Source: a bacterium (lineage in GTDB: Bacteria; Zhuqueibacterota; Zhuqueibacteria; Oceanimicrobiales; Oceanimicrobiaceae). Taken from it: DNA of 21,919 nucleotides. The stretch is taken from positions 1 through 21,919 of the forward strand of contig JBHIAC010000042.1 in NCBI GenBank assembly GCA_046758365.1, given 5' to 3'. Position numbers and translations under genes: made by a program. Below the pieces are notes generated by a model, which saw only the letters and a list, made by a program, of their open reading frames with translations, was not told where the DNA came from and made no database searches. Positions 1 through 8,223 of the stretch are shown piece by piece (positions within the stretch are counted from its first letter, which is position 1; each line of letters starts with the position of its first letter).

Positions 1-39
1 AAAGTCCGAGCCCTTTGTCGGCTCAAGCTGTTGGTAGGG
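1..39 (-). other. attC: Partial attC site (R''-L'' half, runs off the window edge), R'' box mutated
   Basis: Minus strand reads CCCTACC-AACAG-CTTGAGCC-GACAAAGGG. Spacing and sequence match the complete attCs at 21253-21381 (TGCTAAC-ATTGA-ATTGAGCT-GACGAAAGGG) and 21707-21835 (GTATAAC-AATTC-ATTCACCC-GACAAAAGAG). AAC is replaced by ACC. It lies 18 bp after the stop of a minus-strand ORF. Confidence 0.6.
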
Positions 40-57
40 TTATCCTATTACCTGTAG

Positions 58-378
58 TCAATAGACCTCTTTTTTTGAGGTGACATTTTTCTCATGGTGC
101 TTATCAACTGTAAAAATAACATTACCAAGCGACTCCGCTGTATTTGTTAGGTAATCACCTGGATCTGATTCATTCCATTTGAGGAAGTCAATCAAAGCGT
201 TCAGGCACAGTAGACTTGTAGGACAGAGGTACCTGGGATCGACAGAATCATGTTCTAGTTGAGGATGATAGAACTCACCTTCCTTTGTGATGTGGTTAAG
301 TCTTAGGTCCTTCCAATCACCATGTATGACTGAGCTTTGGGCTTGAAACATATATGGGTAGCGGTGTTCCCAATCTAG
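58..378 (-). pseudogene. 5'-truncated cassette-type hypothetical gene (C-terminal part, DUF5677-like Y..F...S..IHG.W motif)
   Basis: The frame stays open upstream of the ATG at 351 (LDWEHRYPY-MFQAQSSVIHGDW) up to the IS630 end. The sequence on the other side of the IS gives an in-frame TAG at 1633-1635, so the 5' part is not there. The family guess is from motif only. Confidence 0.5.
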
Positions 379-1628
379 TGTCGTGTCAAGCTAATAACGT
401 AGGATATAATCGTTTTAACTTAATCCTGGCATCATCAGATGAAAAGCGCCAGTCGACTTTGGCTTTGAGAAAATTGCGCTGATTTTGCCATTGAGTCACT
501 TCGCGCTCTAATGTATGTTTGTCAGGGATTCTGCGATTTAGACATTGAGTTGACAGAATCCTCAATTCGATTTCAGCAATATTGAGCCAGCTGCCATGCT
601 TGGGAGTATAGTGTATTTCCAATCGCTCCAACAGTCGCCTGGCTTGCTGTGGCGGAAAAGCTTCGTATAATGAGGCTCCAGTATGAGTGTTGAGATTATC
701 CATAACCAAAACAATTTTCTTTGTATTGGGATAATGAGTATCCAGCAGTTCTTTTACCTGAAAAGCCCAATCAATTTTGGCTCTGTGAGCCGTTACCGAA
801 ACATACCGTTTGCCACCGAAAGGTTCGTAGAACATGAACAGATTACTGACGCCATTGCGTTCATATTCATAATCAACACGAGCAGGTCTACCGCGTTCCG
901 CGGCTACTGTCCGGCGTGTTTCTTTGGTCAATTGTTTGGTTATTTCATCCATACATACAAGTGGTTCGTCCGGATTATAAGGTCGCCTGTAAACTTCAAG
1001 GATGTCCTCCATAGCACAAACAAAGGCAGCATTGTTTGCCGGTGGAATGCACCACATCTGTTTCAACCACGGTTTAAGTTCGTTTTTTTTAATGTTTGTC
1101 GGATGGCTTCATGGGAAATGTTTTCCACATATCCAAGTTCTACGATCTTGTCTGCTAACAGACGTAGTGTCCATCTGGCTCGCCCCTCTGGCGGTTCACT
1201 GCACGAAAGAGCAATCAACCGCGCTTCTACATCACCATCAATTTTTTTGCGAGAAACTTTCTGCTTATATTCTCGCCGAGATAAAACGGCCTCGAATCCT
1301 TCTTCTACAAGTTGTCTACGAACTCTTTCGACCGTCTGCACAGTTACATCGAATGCTTCGCTAATTTTTTCATCGGGCCATCCAGGACCGTCATCGCTCT
1401 GGTCTGCTTTAAGCAATATCCGCGCCCGGGTAAACATTCGTGCAGGGCCTCGACCTGATGTTGTCAATTTCTTTAATTTCTCACGCTCATCTCTGGATAA
1501 TCGAACATTGTGTTTTTTCATTGCTCACCGCAAAGCTTTTGTCAATATTATGGCTTTGAGGGAATATACTATGAAATATGTTAAAAGTCAACAGAAATAC
1601 CCAATATTATTTACTTGACATGACACTA
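376..1628 (-). mobile_element. IS630-family insertion sequence, apparently intact
   Basis: Terminal inverted repeats CTAGTGTCGTGTCAAG (375-390) and CTTGACATGACACTAG (1614-1629) match 15/16. Both ends sit in CTAG (TA target typical of IS630). It encodes an HTH ORF plus a DDE ORF. Confidence 0.93.
386..1521 (-). CDS. tnp: IS630 transposase, made by -1 programmed frameshift joining orfA (1063-1521, HTH) and orfB (386-1066, DDE)
   Basis: orfA has RARILL and RARWTLRLLA. orfB has CMDE, MDNLNTH and PKHGSWLNIAEIE. An A8 run (T8 at 1083-1090 on +) gives LKKNELKPWLKQMWCIPP after a -1 shift, the usual IS630 junction. Confidence 0.92.
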
Positions 1629-1638
1629 GAAGCTATCA

Positions 1639-1660
1639 CAATCCCGACGCGTCGGGATTG
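1639..1660. repeat. Perfect 22-bp palindrome
   Basis: CAATCCCGACG|CGTCGGGATTG. Confidence 0.85.
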
Positions 1661-1693
1661 CTTTAAATCTCGGAAACGATTCCTTTGTATTTA

Positions 1694-1784
1694 TGTCATT
1701 GCGAACGACCAACGGAAGTGAAGCAATCTCCTGCGAATGTCACAATGGGATTGCTTCGTCCGCTGTCGCGGACTCACAATGACA
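1694..1784. repeat. REP/RPE-like multi-hairpin palindromic element
   Basis: Outer arms TGTCATTGCGA...TCACAATGACA, inner arms GAAGCAATCTC...GGGATTGCTTC, and a GTCCGC...GCGGAC hairpin. It is further enclosed by GGAAACG (1672-1678)...CGTTTCC (1796-1802). Confidence 0.75.
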
Positions 1785-1805
1785 GCACCTCATAGCGTTT
1801 CCTAA

Positions 1806-1926
1806 AAGCGTGACTGAAAACTGCTAAATCTGCTCAGTTGGGCGTCCAAGCTTAACGTATTAACAGCAACTTAGAGCGCAGACGAGGACGTTTGCTTGAG
1901 AAATTTCGGACTTTTTGGTCACGCTT
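1806..1926. mobile_element. Putative MITE (non-autonomous element with terminal inverted repeats)
   Basis: AAGCGTGACTGAAAA (1806-1820) vs TTTTTGGTCACGCTT (1912-1926), 13/15 inverted match around a non-coding ~90-bp core. Confidence 0.5.
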
Positions 1927-1972
1927 CGATCCATCCGATAATTTCTGTGATCCGATGTTCTTACTGCACTGT

Positions 1973-2007
1973 AAATCATGAGATGACTCCGAGTCATCGG
2001 ATGATTT
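1973..2007. repeat. REP-like hairpin
   Basis: AAATCATGAGATGACTC-C-GAGTCATCGGATGATTT, 15/17 inverted. Degenerate ATCCGAT arm copies occur at ~1933 and ~1950. Confidence 0.65.
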
Positions 2008-2028
2008 CTAAGATTGATAAAATATTGC

Positions 2029-2057
2029 TTGAAAATGCTTTTTAAAAACCATATATT
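2029..2057 (+). promoter_or_regulatory. Putative sigma70 promoter for the HAD/lipoprotein operon
   Basis: TTGAAA-17 bp-TATATT. Confidence 0.5.
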
Positions 2058-2070
2058 GTTTGATTCTTAA

Positions 2071-2787
2071 ATGAAGAAGCAATTTTTAAAAGCCTCATTG
2101 CAGCCAGTAGGAGATTTATTGATTCAAGCGGTGCTTTTCGATTATGACGGAGTTTTGGTTAACAGCATGGTATTTCACGTGAAAGCCTGGCAAGCCGTTT
2201 TTAGTGATTATGATATACCCGTTAAGCCCGAAGATATACTGTTAACAGAAGGCAGCCGTTCTTTTGAGTTAGCGCTTAAAATTTTTGAAGACTGGAGGTA
2301 TGACATTTCCCAAGATGAATTAATTGATTTTATCAAAAAAAAGCAGCAGTACTATCAAAAGATAACGGAAGCAAAATTACAACCCGGCGCAGAAGTATTA
2401 ATTCAACGCTTAAAACAAAAAGGCATAAAAATTGGACTCGTAACTGGTTCCAACCGAAAAAATGTAGAAGTAGTCCTGAATCCTGAAATCATTTCAAAAT
2501 TTGATGTAACGGTTACGGGAGATGAGGTTCATGAAGGCAAACCCAATCCAGAAGCCTACTTGAAAGCCGCCCGTGTAATAAATGTTGAGCCCCGTCACTG
2601 CTTGGTCATTGAAAACGCCCCTTTGGGCATTGAAGCCGCAAAAAGTACCGGAATGAAAGTCGTAGCTTTAACCACGACCTTAGATCGCCGCTATTTAAAG
2701 GACGCAGATTTCATCGCAAACGATTTAATGGAGGTGTCAAATCATTGGGAGGAGTATCTTAACAAGAATGCTTCGTTGGTTCGTTAA
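2071..2787 (+). CDS. HAD-superfamily phosphatase (beta-phosphoglucomutase-like, subfamily IA)
   Basis: Motifs FDYDGVL, VTGS, GKPNPEAYL and VIENAPLG. The real start is probably TTG at 2119 after a GGAG RBS. Confidence 0.88.
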   Translation: MKKQFLKASLQPVGDLLIQAVLFDYDGVLVNSMVFHVKAWQAVFSDYDIPVKPEDILLTEGSRSFELALKIFEDWRYDISQDELIDFIKKKQQYYQKITEAKLQPGAEVLIQRLKQKGIKIGLVTGSNRKNVEVVLNPEIISKFDVTVTGDEVHEGKPNPEAYLKAARVINVEPRHCLVIENAPLGIEAAKSTGMKVVALTTTLDRRYLKDADFIANDLMEVSNHWEEYLNKNASLVR

Positions 2788-4315
2788 AAACTACAAGAAA
2801 ACTACGTATCTTCTGAGTATTTTGATCTTAGCCAGCTTTTGGAGCTGTTCCCAGGATCAACCATTTCAGGCTCCACAGAATCCCGAACCCGTAATTTCGA
2901 ATTTAGTGGCTCCTTCTCTTGTGTATAACCGTTCTCCGAGGAAACATCTAATATCTGTTAACGTGGAAGATGCGCAAGGAATCGGAGACATTCAAGAGGT
3001 GCGGTATGAAATTTCTAAAGTAGGTTCTGGCTCATCGGTTAAGCAAGGTGAATTGGTTGATGACGGTACCTCAGGAGACATTATTCCAAAGGACGGTGTG
3101 TATTCAAACCAAATAGATGGAAGCTTCGCTCAGAACGATACCGGGGATTTTAGTTTAAAGGTGTTTGCAAAGGATGCGAGTGGTAACCTGAGCAATACTC
3201 TACTGGCCACATTTAAAGTATTAAGTGGTACAGAGAATTTACCGCCCGAGATCATGGATGTTGTGGCGCCTGAGACTGTACCCATTGATTCTTCTTTCGA
3301 TTTTGTTGTTACCGCGGGTGTGAAAGATCCGGAAGGTCTTTCTGACATTCAAAAAGTCGTGCTGCAATTTTTTCCCCCGGCTCATCCTACCCCGATTTTG
3401 GAACGACAACTTTTTGACAACGGAAACTCAGGGGATGAAATTGCTGGTGACGGTATATTTTCAGTTACATTAGCCTCGAATTTAATAAAAGAAACAAACG
3501 ATCATTTTATTCGTTTGCAAGCAAAAGACAAGGCCGGGAATGTGAGTCAAGCTGTCATTGTTTCAATTCGAGGGAGATTTAAGATTGTGGGGGCACCGGT
3601 AATCTCTAAAATAAGCGCTCCGGACATCGTTAACGCTAAAGAAACGAATCAAGTTCTAATTACAGCAGAGGTTTCGGACCCCCAGGGACTCTCAGATATT
3701 GATACCGTGCAATTTCGAATCATCCTGCCGGATGGGCAGGAGGCTGAAAACAGCCCACAAGTTATGGCTGATGATGGCAACTCAACGGTTTCCGGAGATT
3801 TGGTAGTTGGAGATGGTGTCTTTAGTAGTATATTACAATTACCAACTGATGGAGTATCGCCGATTGACTTTAAACTTGTTTTTCAAGCTAAGGATAAATC
3901 AAATTCTTTTAGTACCCCTGTTGAGCATATTTTAACCATCGCATTTGATAATGCCCCGGTTATTTCAAATCTTGTTGCTCCAGACCGGGTAAAAATTAAT
4001 CCTACTCAAGCTACAAAAATTTTAATAACTATTAGAGTTAAAGATCCACAAGGACTGGCAGACATTGATACAGTAAAATTTAGAAGTTTTCTACCCAGCG
4101 GTCAAGAAGCGACCAATAGTCCCATCCAATTGTTTGACGATGGTAAAGTTGACGAATCGGGTGATGTTCGGGCAGGGGACGGAATTTACAGCAGAAACAT
4201 ATTTTTACCTTCGCAAGGGGTGACTCCAGGAGATTTTATATTTGTTTTTCAGGCTAAGGATAAGTCCGGCCTCGTTAGCAATACTATCGAACACATTCTA
4301 ACGGTAGTAGAATAA
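2768..4315 (+). CDS. Lipoprotein with four tandem ~118-aa Ig-like repeats (choice-of-anchor-X-like DDG..GD....DG.YS loop)
   Basis: Signal peptide with lipobox FWS-C27. Repeats start near 2888, 3242, 3593 and 3953, each P.I...AP...V.D..G..DI..V...D(D/N)G..GD....DG.(Y/F)S...AKD. Confidence 0.8.
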   Translation: MLRWFVKNYKKTTYLLSILILASFWSCSQDQPFQAPQNPEPVISNLVAPSLVYNRSPRKHLISVNVEDAQGIGDIQEVRYEISKVGSGSSVKQGELVDDGTSGDIIPKDGVYSNQIDGSFAQNDTGDFSLKVFAKDASGNLSNTLLATFKVLSGTENLPPEIMDVVAPETVPIDSSFDFVVTAGVKDPEGLSDIQKVVLQFFPPAHPTPILERQLFDNGNSGDEIAGDGIFSVTLASNLIKETNDHFIRLQAKDKAGNVSQAVIVSIRGRFKIVGAPVISKISAPDIVNAKETNQVLITAEVSDPQGLSDIDTVQFRIILPDGQEAENSPQVMADDGNSTVSGDLVVGDGVFSSILQLPTDGVSPIDFKLVFQAKDKSNSFSTPVEHILTIAFDNAPVISNLVAPDRVKINPTQATKILITIRVKDPQGLADIDTVKFRSFLPSGQEATNSPIQLFDDGKVDESGDVRAGDGIYSRNIFLPSQGVTPGDFIFVFQAKDKSGLVSNTIEHILTVVE

Positions 4316-4335
4316 GAAGAAAGAACTATTAATCT

Positions 4336-4440
4336 ACCACGGATCAACACGGAGTATCACTGAAGACTAAGAATTGTAGAAATAAATAATGCTTATCGAT
4401 TTCATTGTAATTCCGTGAAATTTCCGTGAGTGTCCGTGGT
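4336..4440. repeat. Triple-unit inverted repeat element, empty form
   Basis: ACCACGGAT-CAACACGGAG-TATCACTGAA (4336-4364), a 46-bp AT-rich spacer, then TTCCGTGAAA-TTTCCGTGAG-TGTCCGTGGT (4411-4440). Confidence 0.75.
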
Positions 4441-4470
4441 GAACAGATTACAAAAGGAAATTATTTCTCC

Positions 4471-5952
4471 ATGAATCCAAAGCTCAAATCATTTGTTATC
4501 TTAATATTATCTTCATTGACTTGGCTCAATATTTCTTCTGCTCAAGTTTTACATAAAGACTCTTTCCGAATGGATGTTCAGTCAATCGCGGGTCTTGCAA
4601 GTAATACTGTTTTAGATATTCTTGTGAACGGCAATATCATTTGGTTTGGCACCGGTGCCGGTCTAAGCAGAACTTCTGACGGGGGAAGATCCTTTATTTC
4701 TTATGGCGTTGAGCAGGGTATCGGCAAAGGCAGTGTTTCAGCCCTGGCTGTTTCCGACGATGTTATTTGGGTGGCCACGGGTTTTGATACCACTACCGAA
4801 GTTGGCGAATTTCAAGCTGGTGGTGGTTTAGCTTTTTCTTTGGATGACGGAGAGAATTGGACTCTGGTTCCACAGCCGGGCCCTACAAATGTTCAAAACA
4901 TTACCTTTGACATTGCACTGCGTGGCTCAGAGGTCTGGATTACGAGCTTTGGCGGTGGGTTAAGAAAGGCCGACACCTTTGGTCAATCTTTGGAATTAAT
5001 AACTCCTGATTCCTTTATTGTAGTGACTCCTGATTCCTTTCTTTTTGATCCACTGGCTAATTTAAACCATCGAGCCTTTTCCGTTATTGTCGCAGACAGC
5101 ATACTCTGGGTTGGGACGGCCGGAGGTGTTAACCGTTCTACGGACGGGGGGCGTACTTGGACCAATTTCAGCCACGCCAATCAAGCTGAGCCTATTTCAG
5201 GGAATTTTGTGGTAGCGATTGCCAGTCAAAAATATGGCGGCAAGAATATTATTTGGGCGGCTACTATTGAAACCACCAGCGCCACCGAGGATACTTCCGA
5301 ATTTCGGGGCATTTCCTGGAGTGAGGACCAGGGCTTTAGCTGGCGCACAGCCCTGCGAGGAGAATTTGCCCACAATTTTGCTTTCGATGACTCTGTGGTC
5401 TACGTGGCCACGAATAATGGACTCTTTAAATCCATCGATGGGGGAGAAACCTGGGCGCTATTTCCAAGTATTGTAAACCAAACAGGTTCTAGACAAATTT
5501 TGTCAAATGAATTTTTTACGGTCGGGGTAAGTGAAGAGCACACCCTCTGGGTCGGTTCTCCAGATGGTTTAGCGAAAACCTCCGATAACGGTTTTACCTG
5601 GGAAATTTTTCAAACCTTTGAACCTACTGGTAAGGAAGGCAGCCCCAGAACTTATGCCTACCCTAATCCATTTTCTCCTAATGTACATAACAAATTAGAC
5701 GGCATCGGGCACGTGCGCTTTCAATACAATACGACAAAAGCCACCCAGGTAACCATAAAAATTTACAACTTTGCGATGGAGTTTGTAGCCACGGTTGTTG
5801 AAAATAAACCGCGTCCGGCTAATGGCGATTTTTATGAAATCTGGGACGGTAGAGATGCCAGAGGTTTTCAAGTGGATAATGGGATTTTTTTTTACCGCAT
5901 TGATTTAAAAGGTGAAGGAACATTTTGGGGCAAGCTCATCGTGTTAAATTAG
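4471..5952 (+). CDS. Secreted Asp-box (BNR) beta-propeller with C-terminal T9SS-type-A-like / FlgD-Ig domain
   Basis: Signal peptide MNPKLK...ISSA. Six Asp-boxes: SDGGRSF, DDGENW, TDGGRTW, DQGFSW, IDGGETW, DNGFTW. C-terminus YAYPNPF...IYN...WDGRD..G..V..G..FYR...KLIVLN. The ORF-track GTG at 4426 lies inside a repeat, so ATG 4471 is preferred. Confidence 0.82.
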   Translation: MNPKLKSFVILILSSLTWLNISSAQVLHKDSFRMDVQSIAGLASNTVLDILVNGNIIWFGTGAGLSRTSDGGRSFISYGVEQGIGKGSVSALAVSDDVIWVATGFDTTTEVGEFQAGGGLAFSLDDGENWTLVPQPGPTNVQNITFDIALRGSEVWITSFGGGLRKADTFGQSLELITPDSFIVVTPDSFLFDPLANLNHRAFSVIVADSILWVGTAGGVNRSTDGGRTWTNFSHANQAEPISGNFVVAIASQKYGGKNIIWAATIETTSATEDTSEFRGISWSEDQGFSWRTALRGEFAHNFAFDDSVVYVATNNGLFKSIDGGETWALFPSIVNQTGSRQILSNEFFTVGVSEEHTLWVGSPDGLAKTSDNGFTWEIFQTFEPTGKEGSPRTYAYPNPFSPNVHNKLDGIGHVRFQYNTTKATQVTIKIYNFAMEFVATVVENKPRPANGDFYEIWDGRDARGFQVDNGIFFYRIDLKGEGTFWGKLIVLN

Positions 5953-5997
5953 ATGGAGAGAAACATTTTGGTGAAGTCAAAGAATTAGAACGTCGAA

Positions 5998-6051
5998 TTT
6001 ACAGAAACTATCGGATAGATAGAATGTACAAATCCGATACTTTCCGGTAAT
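5998..6051. repeat. Intergenic stem-loop
   Basis: GAAACTATCGGAT...ATCCGATACTTTC, 12/13 inverted, with no U-tract. Confidence 0.5.
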
Positions 6052-6116
6052 CGGTTGTTCTTTTGGTTTCCGTTATGATAATATAACAACCTTTACTGAG
6101 CTAACTGGACAATCAT

Positions 6117-7094
6117 ATGGTCAAAGTCTTATCATTTTTTACAGCCATCATAATAACAATTTTTTCTCCCGCATCTTCTTTTACTCAAGGTGGAACCGTC
6201 GGCGCTTTTCTTCGATTAGGGATTGGTGCCCGGGCCAAAGCCATGGGAGATGCTTATACCGCCTTAGCTCGCGGGATAGAGGCCAGTTATTACAATCCTG
6301 CCGGATTGCCCTTTCTTGAAAAGAAAGAATTAATGACCTCTTTTCGAATATTATCTCTGGACCGGGAATTCACCTATTTGGGATTTGGTGTTCCGATTCA
6401 TCCGAAAGTAGAGGAGGGCGAAGAACGGGCCATCGATGGCGGATTTGCCCTTTCCTGGATTCGAGCCGGCGTGGATAACATTGATGGCCGTGATAGCGAT
6501 GGCCGTCATTTTGATGATTTGTCAAATTCTGAAAATGCATTTATCTTCTCGTTTGCTTTAAATCCAGTAAAGGCTCTCTCTTTTGGATTATCTGTCAAAG
6601 TGTTATGGAACCGTTTTCCGGATGTGGGTTTAAACGGTGAGACGGTTTCTGCTACTGGCGTTGGTTTTGATTTTGGCGCTCTTTTAGTCCCTTATCCCTG
6701 GATAAGCTTGGGAATTTCTATTAAAGATATCAATTCTAAATATACTTGGAACACTGATAAAATCTATGGGGAAGACGGCTCGGAGGACATAAACAAATTC
6801 CCCAAAATAGTACATACTGGAATAGCCGTCAAGGTGCCTCGGGTGCCTGGCATGACATTCGCCTTTGATTTCGAGGACAGTAAAGAGTTAGATAGCAGGA
6901 TTCACGCAGGCGTTGAGACTATTTTTGAACAAGGATTCATGCTCCGTGGCGGTTATGATAATGAATCGATAACAGCCGGAGCTGGTTACATTTTTGAATT
7001 ATTTGGGAAAAGATCTCAATTAAATTATGCCTTTTCATCGGCGGGAAATCGCCCGGAAGAAGAACATGTATTTACCTGGGCCTTTCAGTTTTAG
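6117..7094 (+). CDS. PorV/PorQ-family outer-membrane beta-barrel
   Basis: FLRLGIGARAKAMGDAYTA...YYNPAGL plug motif, GVGFDFG, signal peptide and C-terminal F. Confidence 0.82.
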   Translation: MVKVLSFFTAIIITIFSPASSFTQGGTVGAFLRLGIGARAKAMGDAYTALARGIEASYYNPAGLPFLEKKELMTSFRILSLDREFTYLGFGVPIHPKVEEGEERAIDGGFALSWIRAGVDNIDGRDSDGRHFDDLSNSENAFIFSFALNPVKALSFGLSVKVLWNRFPDVGLNGETVSATGVGFDFGALLVPYPWISLGISIKDINSKYTWNTDKIYGEDGSEDINKFPKIVHTGIAVKVPRVPGMTFAFDFEDSKELDSRIHAGVETIFEQGFMLRGGYDNESITAGAGYIFELFGKRSQLNYAFSSAGNRPEEEHVFTWAFQF

Positions 7095-7189
7095 TATCTA
7101 CCATTAAAAAATCAAAGTAGCATGGCTCATTTAGTCATTGGAATTTATTTGTGATTTGCAATTTTGGATTTGTAACATAGGAGTTTCAA

Positions 7190-8098
7190 TTGAAGAATAA
7201 AACATTAAGCCTAATCATTTTATTAGTTTTATTTTCTGTAAATCAAAGTCTAAGTCAAGGTGGAACCACAGGATTAGCCTTTCTTAAATTAGGCGTCGGA
7301 GGTCGTGCAGGGGGTTTAGGAGAAGCCTACACAGCCGTTGCCGATGAGGCGTCAGCAACCTTTTGGAATCCAGCCGGCTTGAGCTTGGTGAACCGTTCTC
7401 AATTAGCTTTTACCCATACTGAATGGATTCAGGACATTTCAAGCGAATTTTTAGCCTTTGCATTTCCAGCCTTCAAAGGAGCCATTGGTTTAAGTTTTTA
7501 TTCTAACAATGTGGGTGGAATTCAGCGCAGGGAGATCCCCTCCGAGGAGCCTTTGGGAACCGTCGAGGCCCATGACATCGCCTTTGGAGTGTCGTATGGC
7601 CATAATTTCAGTTCTACGTTGAAGGGCGGAATAACTGTTAAATATCTGTATGAAAAAATATTCATCGAAAGTGCATCGGGTTTTGCTGTTGACTTAGGTG
7701 TGAATTTTCAGCCATTTGACAATAGAATTAGATTGGCTTTTGTGGCCAAAAATTTTGGTTCCATGGGTACGCTGATGGATGAATCCATCAAATTACCTAA
7801 GACCATTCGAATCGGTGTGGCGTATCCTATTGAAGTGGAATCTCTCGGTGGAGTCATTCTTTTAGCAGCAGACGCAGTAAAGGTGTTTGAAACGGATTTT
7901 AGAGCTAATTTTGGAACGGAAATTCTGGTAAAACAAAAGATTGCTTTCAGATTTGGCTACCAAACAGGTTTTGACAATAAGGTTTTTGGGGGAGGTTTTG
8001 GTCTGAATTTTAAGCGCTACCATTTAGACTACGGGTTCATCCCTTTTGATTCAAATTTGGGAGATACGCACAGGATTTCGTTCGGTCTGGAATTGTAG
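7190..8098 (+). CDS. PorV/PorQ-family outer-membrane beta-barrel
   Basis: FLKLGVGGRAGGLGEAYTAVADEASATFWNPAGL, AVDLG, NFG, and LGDTHRISFGLEL end. TTG start after an AGGAG RBS. Confidence 0.87.
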   Translation: MKNKTLSLIILLVLFSVNQSLSQGGTTGLAFLKLGVGGRAGGLGEAYTAVADEASATFWNPAGLSLVNRSQLAFTHTEWIQDISSEFLAFAFPAFKGAIGLSFYSNNVGGIQRREIPSEEPLGTVEAHDIAFGVSYGHNFSSTLKGGITVKYLYEKIFIESASGFAVDLGVNFQPFDNRIRLAFVAKNFGSMGTLMDESIKLPKTIRIGVAYPIEVESLGGVILLAADAVKVFETDFRANFGTEILVKQKIAFRFGYQTGFDNKVFGGGFGLNFKRYHLDYGFIPFDSNLGDTHRISFGLEL

Positions 8099-8166
8099 TC
8101 GGCACGTCCTTATTCTTGAACTAATTTCTATCTTCAGATTTTAGTTCTATCAATCCCACAAATTTC

Positions 8167-8195
8167 TTGACAGGGGTTCAAAAAAAAGTTATCTT
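8167..8195 (+). promoter_or_regulatory. Putative sigma70 promoter for GH57-S41
   Basis: TTGACA-17 bp-TATCTT. Confidence 0.65.
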
Positions 8196-8223
8196 TTAAA
8201 GGTTTGCATGCTAAGGAAAGAAT

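Noticed and set aside
683..1618. 311-aa plus-strand ORF (and 1002-1364)
   Set aside because: Antisense shadow of the IS630 transposase with no recognisable motifs.
1615..1645. Hybrid promoter from the outward TTGACA in the IS end
   Set aside because: No convincing -10 at the right spacing on either flank.
4426..4470. N-terminal extension from the ORF-track GTG start
   Set aside because: The GTG lies inside the inverted-repeat arm; the signal peptide begins at ATG 4471.
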